Counted from the first letter of the stretch, positions 1 through 9,924 are shown. The stretch: DNA of 64,000 bases from an uncultured Candidatus Saccharibacteria bacterium (GCA_965230975.1 OZ246402.1:864859-928858), one strand, 5' to 3'. A program made the numbers and translations. The notes: generated by a model from the sequence alone, not told the origin.

Positions 1-682
1 ATTAATTCAGTTTTCTGACGGTGGATCAAATTTTTTAACTCACAGAATTTCGATTTTAATAGCAAGGCTTCAAGTTGAGCCTGAATCGATTTTTAAAGAT
101 ACAGAATACGTTTCAGAAAATGCCACTTTATACAATAATCTATATTTTCTAATAAAGAATGCAATAAGAAGGTTTTTAATTAATTATCCAAGCGATAGTC
201 GTGAACCTAATATTGTTGCTCAAAACAGAAGGCTAAAAAGTTTAATAAATAATCCTTTAGGATTCTTTACAGTTGAAAAAATGTTTATTGAGCTTATTTT
301 TACCGAAGAGGATTTCAGATTAGCATGGGAATGGATTGGTATGCTAGAAAGAGGCGAGGATTTACCAATTTATGACCCCGAAACAGAAGTTAGGGAATTT
401 GAAATGAGTCGGATATTTGCAGAATTTATTCCCAATTTTGACACCGAGGTATCTGTGTTGGTTAATGAGTTAGATAGTTCTAAATTAAGCACTTCTGTAA
501 AGAAAATTGAATATTCTCGCATAGTAAATATTATTAACAATTTTGTGAAAGAGATTGCAAAAAGATTAGATTCGTTAAATATGAATTCTGATTTGTATGT
601 GATTAGAACTGTTTTAATTAACTCATTGGCAGATGATGTAAAAACCAAACTAACAGTAATGCTAATTGATGCAATGTCTTAA
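1..682 (+). CDS. Hypothetical protein, 5'-truncated by the window edge
   Basis: The frame of ORF 281..682 is open with no stop from position 2 (LIQFSDGGSN...), so the gene probably starts upstream of the window. Confidence 0.7.
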   Translation, partial: LIQFSDGGSNFLTHRISILIARLQVEPESIFKDTEYVSENATLYNNLYFLIKNAIRRFLINYPSDSREPNIVAQNRRLKSLINNPLGFFTVEKMFIELIFTEEDFRLAWEWIGMLERGEDLPIYDPETEVREFEMSRIFAEFIPNFDTEVSVLVNELDSSKLSTSVKKIEYSRIVNIINNFVKEIAKRLDSLNMNSDLYVIRTVLINSLADDVKTKLTVMLIDAMS

Positions 683-721
683 ATTTATTCTCCGAATTGC
701 TTATTAATTGGATCTAGGTAA

Positions 722-1285
722 TTAAGATTCTCTAGGTGGTTTTACGTAGCCTTGTCTAACTAAAAAATCTTCATTAAACCCTATTCTTAAGATTATTCCG
801 GTTAGAGAGTGATCTAGATTGTTATAAAACAAGAATGTACTAGATCTTATATCTGTGTTGTAATAGCCAATATTTAGTGGGGCTGTAAGTGCATTAGGTG
901 GTTCAAATTGGTTGCCTTCATGCTGTAAAAGATCAAATTCGATATTTGATGGTGGCATTCTGACAAATTTAAAGTCAGCTAGTATATCTGTAAATCGTAT
1001 TGCAGGATATTCTTCGTAAAGTCTTGATAAAAAATATCCTGCTTGAAAATAGAGTGCTTGTTTATGTTTACCTTTAAACTCAATTTTTAAATCGTTCTCT
1101 GCTTTTTTTATTTGTGTTGCTAGTTTTCTGGCCTGTTCTAGTAGAAATTCTATTAGTGTTGGTTTTAAATCTAGGTTTGGATATGCTTCTACAAAGCCTT
1201 CAAGTAAATTCTTGAATAGTATTTTTAGCTGAGGTTCAGATTCAGATTTTATTAGTAAGTCTGGTGGTATTTGTATTTTTGGCAT
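722..1285 (-). CDS. Hypothetical protein (187 aa)
   Basis: ORF only; no recognisable motif. Confidence 0.65.
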   Translation of the reverse strand: MPKIQIPPDLLIKSESEPQLKILFKNLLEGFVEAYPNLDLKPTLIEFLLEQARKLATQIKKAENDLKIEFKGKHKQALYFQAGYFLSRLYEEYPAIRFTDILADFKFVRMPPSNIEFDLLQHEGNQFEPPNALTAPLNIGYYNTDIRSSTFLFYNNLDHSLTGIILRIGFNEDFLVRQGYVKPPRES

Positions 1286-1517
1286 ATTAATATTTGTTAT
1301 TCATAAATAGTAACTTAAGTAATGGATTTTACTATAATACTAGGTGTTTATGGAATATTCGAGGTGGTGAATCGAATACTTTAGTGTGAATGTAGAAAAC
1401 TTACTAATGCATTTCAATATTATAGAAACGTTTTGAATGTTTACTTGCACACCCTGAATTTTAATATTGCCAAATTACGGGTTCCTCGTGATAGAATAAA
1501 AAAACTTACGGAATATA

Positions 1518-2474
1518 ATGGCAAATTTAAATAAACTAAAAACAATTGATTTATTCGCTGGTATTGGAGGAATAAGAATAGCATTTGAAGAAGCAGGCTT
1601 TGAAACAATCTACTCCTCAGATTTTGACAAGTATTGCTCGGTAACATTTAATACAAATTTTGATAATCCTAAATTGGATTGCAAAGATATTAAGCAAACT
1701 ACCTCTCAAGATCTTCCAGATGCAGACTTATTACTAGGTGGGTTCCCTTGCCAACCATTTTCTATTGCCGGGTACAGAAGAGGCCTAAAAGACTCAGGCC
1801 GAGGAGATCTTTTCTTTGATATATTAAGAATCTTATCTGAAAAAAGACCTCCCGCATTTCTACTAGAAAACGTTAAAAATCTATACAGTCATGATAAAGG
1901 AGAGACCTATAAACTCATAAAATCTGAATTAGAAAAAATTGGATATAAAGTAAAAGAAAAAGTTTTAAACACAATGGAGTATGGGAACTTGCCACAGAAT
2001 AGAGAACGTATATACATTGTTGGATTTCTTGATGAAAACAGCTTTAATAAGTTTAATTTTCCCGAACCATTAGAGCTTAAAGTGAAAATTCAAGATTTAC
2101 TTGAAAGCAATGTCGCTGAAAAATATTACTATAATAACAAACCCTTATTTGATAAATTAAAGAATGATGTTGTAGATCAAAATATAGTTTATCAGTGGAG
2201 AAGGAAATATGTTCGTGCTAATAAAAAAGGTGTAAGCCCTACTTTGACAGCGAATATGGGTACAGGAGGTCATAACGTCCCTATTATTAAAGATATCAAG
2301 GGAATTCGGAAATTAACACCTAGAGAATGTGCAAGAATACAAGGTTTTCCAGATTCATACACTTTACCTACTCAATTGCCCGACTCTGCACTTTATAAGC
2401 AAATTGGTAATTCAGTTTCAATACCTGTTGTAAATAGAATCGCTTTAAATATTAAAAATGCTTTGATATCATAA
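1518..2474 (+). CDS. dcm: DNA (cytosine-5)-methyltransferase of a type II R-M system
   Basis: Motif I FAGIGG, motif IV GFPCQPFS, motif VI ENV, motif VIII QNRERIY, terminal GNSV; TRD YQWRR...PTLTANMGTGGHNVP resembles GCNGC/GCSGC-type MTases. Confidence 0.95.
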   Translation: MANLNKLKTIDLFAGIGGIRIAFEEAGFETIYSSDFDKYCSVTFNTNFDNPKLDCKDIKQTTSQDLPDADLLLGGFPCQPFSIAGYRRGLKDSGRGDLFFDILRILSEKRPPAFLLENVKNLYSHDKGETYKLIKSELEKIGYKVKEKVLNTMEYGNLPQNRERIYIVGFLDENSFNKFNFPEPLELKVKIQDLLESNVAEKYYYNNKPLFDKLKNDVVDQNIVYQWRRKYVRANKKGVSPTLTANMGTGGHNVPIIKDIKGIRKLTPRECARIQGFPDSYTLPTQLPDSALYKQIGNSVSIPVVNRIALNIKNALIS

Positions 2475-2478
2475 AGTT

Positions 2479-3621
2479 ATGATTTTCTTTAACCAGCAAA
2501 ACCCAGAATCTCAAAAGAATTATTTAAAATACTTAACAAATGTAGGTGCACTTTCTAATTTATTTTCAGATAATCTTATACCCTACATAAACTACAGGAC
2601 GACGGAAATAGCTTTCTGCAAAGCATTCTCTGCAGATAATCTGTCAAGATCAGATACAAGTGCAGATGCAGGTAAAGAAGGACTGGGCATAGGAATTAAA
2701 ACATTCATTAATGGAAATGGAAGTAGTTTTCAAAAGGTTGCCGAATTTAATAGAGATGTAAAAGAAATTAGATCTTTAAGCAAAGATCCAAAAAACTTAG
2801 CTTTAGCAGTATCGAACCTTAGAAATAGAAGACTTGAATTTGCTAAAGATTTACACAGTCTGAAAGAATTAATATATCACTGCATTGCAAGAGATGAGCA
2901 AGAGTTTATTCTTTTCGAGGAAAAAATGACACCTATTGATATACAAAGAATTAAAATTATTAATAGTTCCGACAAAATAATAGACTTCTCAGATGGTCAA
3001 AGTGATTATAAATTTAACTTATCTAAAAGTACTTTACTTAAAAGATTTACTACTGTAAATGAAGTTAAATTTTCTGTTCCTATTATAAAAGACCCATTTG
3101 ATTACCTTGATAACTTTGATTTTAATAGAATACAAAACGATATAAAGGTTGAACAGAAGGTTGTATTACCTTTATATTCACTTAGAGGAGAAAAACATGT
3201 TCCAGAATTTAGTGGGCTTAATCAGTGGAATGCTTCTGGTAGAACAAGAAAATTAAAAGAGGTTTACATACCTATTCCACTATGGATTCATAAAGTATTT
3301 CCTGATTTCTTTCCTGAAAGATCTACTAGTTTCAATTTATTGCTACCCAATAAAAAGATCATCAATGTGAGTGTTGTACAAGAAGGTGGTAAAGCATTAA
3401 TGTCCAACCCAAATACTGATTTAGGTGAATGGTTAATTGATGAAGTACTAAAAATAAACCCTGGTACTATTGTTACATATAGCCTATTAGAACAAATAGG
3501 AGTAGATTCAGTAGAATTAACAAAAATAAGTAGTGACTTATTCTATTTAAATTTCAAGAAAATAGGGGCATACGAGGAATTTTATAAGTTTCACTATGCA
3601 GTCAAAAATGAAAATAATTGA
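2479..3621 (+). CDS. Type II restriction endonuclease, NgoFVII-like family
   Basis: Starts 4 bp after the MTase; PD-(D/E)xK-like SADA...GIGIKTF and C-terminal SGLNQWNASGR...EVYIPIP block typical of proteins annotated as NgoFVII family. Confidence 0.75.
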   Translation: MIFFNQQNPESQKNYLKYLTNVGALSNLFSDNLIPYINYRTTEIAFCKAFSADNLSRSDTSADAGKEGLGIGIKTFINGNGSSFQKVAEFNRDVKEIRSLSKDPKNLALAVSNLRNRRLEFAKDLHSLKELIYHCIARDEQEFILFEEKMTPIDIQRIKIINSSDKIIDFSDGQSDYKFNLSKSTLLKRFTTVNEVKFSVPIIKDPFDYLDNFDFNRIQNDIKVEQKVVLPLYSLRGEKHVPEFSGLNQWNASGRTRKLKEVYIPIPLWIHKVFPDFFPERSTSFNLLLPNKKIINVSVVQEGGKALMSNPNTDLGEWLIDEVLKINPGTIVTYSLLEQIGVDSVELTKISSDLFYLNFKKIGAYEEFYKFHYAVKNENN

Positions 3622-3664
3622 CATGTATCCTAAGTGAAAGGTTTTTAAATATCAATATAGTAAC

Positions 3665-4234
3665 ATGACTGTTAAAAATAAATTGAAAGAGGAAATTGAC
3701 CCATACGAATTCATTCACATTGATATTGAGGATGAATTAGATAACCTTGCTAGAGAAAAAATTATAGGTGGAGGAAGGGATGGGATTGTGTTTAAGTTGA
3801 AAAATGGTACTGTTTGTAAAATTTATATAAATGCAATCCCTTCTAGACATTTACGTGAACATCTTAAATACTTGCTTTCTATATCTGGAAAGCTTTCAAA
3901 GTTAACCAAAATATCACTAGATAGAGATCCGGCTAAGCTTGCAGATCCCTTAAATATTGCAACGCATCACTTAATTGTAAGTAACTATATCAAACAAAAT
4001 CCAGACTGGGATAATATAGTTGTAGTCGAAATACAAGGCATAGCATATTACTGTGGAAAACCAATCGGCATTATTATGCAAAATCTAGAAGGAATACCAA
4101 GTGCAATAAATTCTCATGCTGATCTTTTACAATTAGCAGAAGCGGTAGAAAGGAATACTGGGATTGTACTCGATAAATTTGGAAGAAATGTTATGATAAC
4201 GTCTAACACTAGAGTACTTATAGATATCTTATAG
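3665..4234 (+). CDS. Minimal protein-kinase-like protein
   Basis: Gly-rich loop IGGGRDGIVF, VCKIY lysine, hinge IMQNLEG, catalytic D-x4-N (DKFGRN), VLID. Confidence 0.6.
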   Translation: MTVKNKLKEEIDPYEFIHIDIEDELDNLAREKIIGGGRDGIVFKLKNGTVCKIYINAIPSRHLREHLKYLLSISGKLSKLTKISLDRDPAKLADPLNIATHHLIVSNYIKQNPDWDNIVVVEIQGIAYYCGKPIGIIMQNLEGIPSAINSHADLLQLAEAVERNTGIVLDKFGRNVMITSNTRVLIDIL

Positions 4235-4368
4235 TAATTTAATTCTACATGGATGATCAACACCAAAATATTCTAAAGTAATCTCTAAAGAAGAACAAAA
4301 AACACCCTCGGTATAAAGACAGTCACAATCTCATGCTATAATCAATATATACTTAGGCAAAATTTAGC

Positions 4369-5025
4369 ATGACTTTCAATCTAGACAACCAAATCATAAC
4401 CACAGATGGTACTTGTAGCAGAGTAGTTTGTGGATTATTTGAAATAGAGGGTGGAGTAGAGACATTTACAAATATAATCCGTAACAAGAGAGTACTCTTA
4501 CTTGGAGCAGGTATACCAATAGTAGCCCTACAGGCATATTCACACTTAGGCTATAACGACCCAACATGCATTATCAGCATGGACGCAAGGTATGGTACAA
4601 ACTTACATGATATGCAACCAAGACTAGATCAAGCCTTAAAACAATACCCCCTTGAAATACAAGAAAGAGTCAAAGAACAATTACTAACAGCAAACTGGAA
4701 CGACCCTGCATTTGCAGATAACCTTAAACCCTTTGACTACATACTTGCAACAGGAAGCTACTTGTACTACAGCAACACATATACAGAAGAGTCTATGAGA
4801 ACAATACTAGCAACATTAGCACCGGGTGGAGAATTTAGAGCAGAAGCACCATATTGGGGAGTCATAAACCAACAACTTTTAAACGCAAGAGATTTTGTAA
4901 ATAGCATACCTGGCTATTCTGCAGAAATTAGGCTTAATGAAAATTCAGAATGGGTTGATAAAGCAGCAAATATAATGATGCCAGAATACCTATATATACT
5001 AATAAAAAGAGATGGTGAGATATAG
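4369..5025 (+). CDS. Class I SAM-dependent methyltransferase-like protein
   Basis: VLLLGAG motif I, ISMD, FDYILA, LAPGG post-motif. Confidence 0.55.
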   Translation: MTFNLDNQIITTDGTCSRVVCGLFEIEGGVETFTNIIRNKRVLLLGAGIPIVALQAYSHLGYNDPTCIISMDARYGTNLHDMQPRLDQALKQYPLEIQERVKEQLLTANWNDPAFADNLKPFDYILATGSYLYYSNTYTEESMRTILATLAPGGEFRAEAPYWGVINQQLLNARDFVNSIPGYSAEIRLNENSEWVDKAANIMMPEYLYILIKRDGEI

Positions 5026-5095
5026 CTTTTAAATGCTAACTTTAGTCTTCACTAATTCCACATCGGATTACCAACAACAAATTACTTATCTAAAC

Positions 5096-5674
5096 TTATA
5101 ACTCACCATAACTATAATCATCAGGGTCATCTGAATCATCATCAAAACTCTGCCCATCTTCATCTTCAAAGTCATCATCATCTAATTCTTGTGTTCCAAT
5201 TAAATACCTGAAATATACACGTTCATAATCATTATAAAAATTTAAATGATTTGATATAGCATCACTTACAGCTCCGTCAGTGCAAAACCAATTACTAAAT
5301 TTAGGGAAAAACTCTTCTACATACGCAGTAAAAATTGCACGGCTTATAGAATCATCAATATGATCAATAGCAAATTGATTTAAAGTTACAAAAGGATTTG
5401 CATTATCTAAACCATGAATTGCATATAAAAAATTATAAACCATTGTACAAACCTCCAAATCTTCTTCTGAACCATTGTAACTACTAATTCTATCTACCAA
5501 ATAGCTTAAAATTGGATCATTCTCTGATTCCAAATACCAACTATCGTGTGTATCAAAATACTTATGGTTCCACCCAACAAAATCTTTAATATCTTTCATA
5601 ATTACCTTTGCACTTTGCTTAAAAAGCTCGTACTTACTAGCTGAAGGTAAGTCCAATTGTGGATTTAAAGACAT
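5096..5674 (-). CDS. Hypothetical protein with acidic C-terminal tail
   Basis: ORF; D/E-rich final ~30 aa. Confidence 0.65.
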   Translation of the reverse strand: MSLNPQLDLPSASKYELFKQSAKVIMKDIKDFVGWNHKYFDTHDSWYLESENDPILSYLVDRISSYNGSEEDLEVCTMVYNFLYAIHGLDNANPFVTLNQFAIDHIDDSISRAIFTAYVEEFFPKFSNWFCTDGAVSDAISNHLNFYNDYERVYFRYLIGTQELDDDDFEDEDGQSFDDDSDDPDDYSYGEL

Positions 5675-5782
5675 ATTTTAAAAATAATTAAAAAGATAAT
5701 AACGCACGATTGAAAGTTTGAGAAGACATATCCATTAACTTAAAAATAAGTTACAATTTTAAATACCTATAAATAAAAAATC

Positions 5783-6571
5783 ATGTCCGAAACTGTTGTT
5801 CCAATAATCTTCTTGATTGCAATAATCCCAATAACAATAATATTCGTAATCTACATAAAAAGATTTATACAACTATTTCATTCAACAAACATAAACCAAA
5901 CATTAAAAGATATTCAAGAACTAACAAATGGGCAAGCTCTAAACCCTATTGACATACAGACAATAAACTTTTTACCAAACTCAACCAAACAACTAAAAAG
6001 ATTTTCCACTTCTCTACAAATAACAATAAACCAACAAATAAACGACACCCCAATTATTGGACTATCTAATATAGATACATTTCTACTATCTTTGTGGAAC
6101 ATAGCATCTGGGGTAGCATATATAGGGCAAAACCAGTTCAAATTTATTGAAAATAAACTTGGAACAAAATATTACTTAAACAATACTTACATTGGATATG
6201 AACCAAAGGTATTTCAAATATATAGCTATGGACACAGAAAACTATTTAGAAACCACATAATTAATGCAAATGGTGAAAAAGTATTAAAACTACCGTATAC
6301 ATTAATTGCTTTAAAGGGAAGTGCTACATCAAAAACTCACACATTAACAGAATCAATTGCTAACCAGACTCTTACAAAATTACAAACTTTTGGAGATATA
6401 AAATCTATCTTAGACTATTCAACAAACAAAGAAATTGCACAATTTGAATTTAAAGCTACTACAGATATTGCAAGTATGTCTTCAGAACTCAAAATACTTG
6501 ATAGCAATATTGACCCAAAAACAAAAGAATTAATAATAGCAATGTTCTTAGCAACACAAATGGGAATATAA
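5783..6571 (+). CDS. Hypothetical membrane-anchored protein
   Basis: N-terminal hydrophobic helix followed by KR. Confidence 0.65.
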   Translation: MSETVVPIIFLIAIIPITIIFVIYIKRFIQLFHSTNINQTLKDIQELTNGQALNPIDIQTINFLPNSTKQLKRFSTSLQITINQQINDTPIIGLSNIDTFLLSLWNIASGVAYIGQNQFKFIENKLGTKYYLNNTYIGYEPKVFQIYSYGHRKLFRNHIINANGEKVLKLPYTLIALKGSATSKTHTLTESIANQTLTKLQTFGDIKSILDYSTNKEIAQFEFKATTDIASMSSELKILDSNIDPKTKELIIAMFLATQMGI

Positions 6572-6625
6572 ATTATAAATATATAGTACAATACAGTTTA
6601 TAAACACTGAAAGGATTTAAATTAC

Positions 6626-7663
6626 ATGTCTACGCAACAAACAGACTATAAACAAAATATATTACTGACAAGAGACATACTGACTAACTCCAGTTTAGAA
6701 GTAATAATTGAAGATGATAGATATACAGGCGAACTAGCAACCAAGCTAGGTAGACTAATATCACTAATAATACAGTGTAAATTTCCTGATTATCTAACTA
6801 ATGATCACCTAATATTTGCGAACTTCAGTGAAACACAACCTGGTTATGCATGGAGAGCGAAACAAAATGGTATTCCTAAATCTTTTCTTCAATTATCATT
6901 TGATGAACAAATATTAAAAATGTTTATAGAAAATGTTATAACCAATTTGAGACCTGCAAAATACTTGGGAACTCTTGAGGAAAAACTCGATTACTTACTT
7001 AACCACCCGGAATTAAATGAATATCTTACTAAGAGCAGACTTATATTATTAACACGAGCCCAGATATCTCATATTTACCATGAGTTGATGCATAACTTTA
7101 TCAATAAAATATATGAAACAAGAGCTAATTTAATTAATATTGAAGAATTATCAGAAAAGTTGAAAGAACATCAAATCTTTATTGATAAGATACAGGAAAA
7201 AATGATAGCAAGATTGGGAGGTGAGAGCTGGGGAGATATAGATTATGCAGAATTAATTGAAGCTAATAATGTTGCACTTGTGCAAACCTTACTTGAACTC
7301 TCTAAAGATGACCTAGAGGCTTTTGCATCTTTTGCTACTACATATAATGTAGGTGTACAAGAATTGTGGATAAGGTTAGAAGAAGCAAGAGCGGACTACT
7401 TTACAATAAAGCACGGCAGAGAGAAGCCGTTATATCCAAGTGCTGAAAGCGTTATTAACGAACTTAGAGACTTTAATTACATAGGCCAAATGTATTTACC
7501 AGGAATTGAAAAAGTTTCTAGTCTGCAAAATCTAACTGAAGATTCTTTCGAATTAACTCCAGAAATTATAGACAAATATATTAAAGAAACTATCATTCCT
7601 ATGCTAGACAGAAAGGCTATCAAATTAGAATGGGAAAGATTAAAGAAACTATCTAATTTATGA
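6626..7663 (+). CDS. Hypothetical HExxH (zincin-like) protein
   Basis: IYHELMH with a downstream EEARADYF candidate third ligand. Confidence 0.55.
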   Translation: MSTQQTDYKQNILLTRDILTNSSLEVIIEDDRYTGELATKLGRLISLIIQCKFPDYLTNDHLIFANFSETQPGYAWRAKQNGIPKSFLQLSFDEQILKMFIENVITNLRPAKYLGTLEEKLDYLLNHPELNEYLTKSRLILLTRAQISHIYHELMHNFINKIYETRANLINIEELSEKLKEHQIFIDKIQEKMIARLGGESWGDIDYAELIEANNVALVQTLLELSKDDLEAFASFATTYNVGVQELWIRLEEARADYFTIKHGREKPLYPSAESVINELRDFNYIGQMYLPGIEKVSSLQNLTEDSFELTPEIIDKYIKETIIPMLDRKAIKLEWERLKKLSNL

Positions 7664-8898
7664 TTTCTACTCAACTTTGGGATGTTATAGTTATTGGTGG
7701 TGGCCCAGCAGGCATGATGGCAGCTGCATTTGCATCTGAAAGAGGCAAAAAAGTACTACTACTAGAAAAAAACTCAATACTAGGTAAAAAGTTATTAATA
7801 ACCGGAGGAGGAAGATGCAACCTAACTAACTACAAACCAGAACCCACAACATTAATAAACAACTTCAAAGACAAACCAAAAGCACTATATTCAATATTCA
7901 CCCAATTTGGAGTAGAAGAAACAATCCAATACTTTAACCTTCACGGAATGCCAACAAAAATAGAAGCAGAAGGCAGAGTATTCCCCGAATCAAACAAAGC
8001 AGAAAGCGTGTGGCAAGTACTAGTAAACCACTTAAAAACAACCAACGTAACAATAAAATCAAACACTAAAGTAACAAAAATAGAGAAAGAAAAAGAAACA
8101 ATAACAGTACACACAAAAGATAGTAGTTATGTAGCAAAATCTTGCATAGTCGCAACAGGAGGCACATCTCACCCAGAAACAGGATCTACAGGAGATGGAT
8201 ACGCATGGTTAAAAAACTTAGGACACACAATAATAGAAAACAACTATTCTTTGGTACCAATAGCAATAAAAGAAAAATGGGTAAAAGAATTATCTGGAGT
8301 AACACTACAAGACATAAAAATAACAATCACACTAGATGGCAAAATAAAAGAATCTAAAAAAGGGAAAATACTATTTACACACTTTGGAGTAAGTGGCCCA
8401 ACAGTACTAAATTTAAGCAGTACAGTACGCGATTTATTACAATATGGAACAGTAATTTTGAATTTGGACTTACTACCACACCTTGACCAAGCACAACTAA
8501 GAACAGAACTACACAACACCCTAACACAAGATATAAACAAGAAAATTAAAAACACACTAAGCAATTTAATACCCGCATCTTTAGTAAACACAGTAATAGA
8601 ACTAGCACAAATAGACCCAGACAAACCAAACCACAGCATAACAAAAGAGGAACGAGCAAGATTAATAAAAACATTAAAAGAGATGCCAATGAGCGTTAAA
8701 GGATTACTTGGTGCAGATAAAGCAATAGTATCTAGCGGAGGTGTAAAAATTGAAGAGGTAAACTTTCAAACAATGGAATCTAAAATAGTCCCAGGTCTTT
8801 ATATTATTGGAGACTTATTAAACATAGATAGACCATCTGGTGGTTATAGCCTTCAAATATGTTGGAGTAGTGGGTATGTGGCCGGGTCGAGATGCTAG
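7660..8898 (+). CDS. HI0933/BaiN/YhiN-family FAD-dependent oxidoreductase
   Basis: GGGPAGMMAA, GKKLLITGGGRCNLTN, GRVFP, ATGG-S-P-TGSTGDGY, LFTHFGVSGP, GGYSLQ. Confidence 0.92.
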   Translation: MISTQLWDVIVIGGGPAGMMAAAFASERGKKVLLLEKNSILGKKLLITGGGRCNLTNYKPEPTTLINNFKDKPKALYSIFTQFGVEETIQYFNLHGMPTKIEAEGRVFPESNKAESVWQVLVNHLKTTNVTIKSNTKVTKIEKEKETITVHTKDSSYVAKSCIVATGGTSHPETGSTGDGYAWLKNLGHTIIENNYSLVPIAIKEKWVKELSGVTLQDIKITITLDGKIKESKKGKILFTHFGVSGPTVLNLSSTVRDLLQYGTVILNLDLLPHLDQAQLRTELHNTLTQDINKKIKNTLSNLIPASLVNTVIELAQIDPDKPNHSITKEERARLIKTLKEMPMSVKGLLGADKAIVSSGGVKIEEVNFQTMESKIVPGLYIIGDLLNIDRPSGGYSLQICWSSGYVAGSRC

Positions 8899-9031
8899 CT
8901 TTATGTTTAGAACTACTCGAAAATTCGATTAGTTCAAATCTTACAGAAACCTTACAATTTGGAAAATTCTTATAGACAATAATCAGTATACACATACTAG
9001 AATATAAGATCATTTATTTTGTAAAATTTCG

Positions 9032-9826
9032 ATGAAAGAGATTGAAAACAACAAGACATTTTACTTTGTTGATGAATCTGGAGACCCAATATTCTTTGAT
9101 AAATATGGAAGAAACCTTATAACACGAGACCTAGCTTCACCAATTTTGATCTTAGGATTCATATATACAAAAAATGCCTCTGTTTTACGCAAAGAAATAA
9201 TAAAACTACAAGATGCTGTAATTAATGACAAATACTTATGTAAAATACCATCCTGGAATAAAAGTATAGTTTCATTTCATGCAAAAGATGACTGTCCCGA
9301 AGTTAGGGAAAAAGTATTTAAGTTGATTAAAGATTTAGATTTCAAAGCACAAGTTATCGTAGCAAGAAAAATAGAAGATATTTTTAGAAAGAAACATAAT
9401 GGTGATCCTGAAGAATTCTATTCGGATTTAATCACAAAATTATTTAAAAATAGACTTCATTTAAACAACGATATAACTATTTGCTTTGCAGCAAGAGGAA
9501 ATAAGAATAAACAAGATTATCTTGAGAATGCAATTCAAACAGCTAAAAATGAATTTGACCTAAAATGGAAATACAAGAACAATAATGCTATTAACATCTA
9601 TTCTAATATTCCAAGCAAAGAACCTTGTCTACAGATAATTGACTATGTAGAGTGGGCAATTCAAAGAGCATTTATCAAAAAGGAAACTAGATATATTGAA
9701 TTTATTCTAGATAAAGTCAGTATGATTTGGGACCTATATGATTTTGAGAATTATAAAAGAAAACCAGGAGGAGTTATTTATACTAAAAAGAATCAATTCA
9801 ATTTAAATAAAATAAGTCCTTTTTAA
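9032..9826 (+). CDS. DUF3800 family protein (predicted RNase H-like fold)
   Basis: N-terminal YFVDESG, FHAKDD, and C-terminal LQIIDYVEWAIQR (QxxD) signature. Confidence 0.85.
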   Translation: MKEIENNKTFYFVDESGDPIFFDKYGRNLITRDLASPILILGFIYTKNASVLRKEIIKLQDAVINDKYLCKIPSWNKSIVSFHAKDDCPEVREKVFKLIKDLDFKAQVIVARKIEDIFRKKHNGDPEEFYSDLITKLFKNRLHLNNDITICFAARGNKNKQDYLENAIQTAKNEFDLKWKYKNNNAINIYSNIPSKEPCLQIIDYVEWAIQRAFIKKETRYIEFILDKVSMIWDLYDFENYKRKPGGVIYTKKNQFNLNKISPF

Positions 9827-9884
9827 GCTAGTGAGCTTTCGCTCAGCACGGCATGTAGCCGACTTTCACTTATCAGGACTTACT
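9805..9884 (-). ncRNA. Structured small RNA associated with DUF3800, transcribed antisense and convergent to the gene
   Basis: Closing stem 9813-9820/9875-9882 extended by 9824-9827/9869-9872; hairpin UGAGC-GAAA-GCUCA (GNRA loop only on the minus strand); hairpin CGGC-UACAU-GCCG; U-rich 3' tail; own promoter. Confidence 0.7.
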
Positions 9885-9887
9885 CAT

Positions 9888-9916
9888 AGTATAAGAAATT
9901 AACCGTAAAAAGTCAA
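9888..9916 (-). promoter_or_regulatory. Sigma70-type promoter for the DUF3800-associated RNA
   Basis: Minus strand TTGACT-17 bp-TATACT; predicted TSS ~9881-9884 coincides with the 5' base of the RNA stem. Confidence 0.7.
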
Positions 9917-9924
9917 AAAATACT

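Noticed and set aside
9813-9882. Hammerhead ribozyme reading of the DUF3800 RNA (CUGAUAA...GAAA)
   Set aside because: The core would need CUGAnGA; the conserved G is A here, and the GAAA elements are not placed as the hammerhead junction requires
9805-9884. Structure is merely the DUF3800 or metK terminator
   Set aside because: A three-way junction, a strand-specific GNRA loop and a precisely placed promoter are not explained by a simple terminator, although it may also terminate metK read-through
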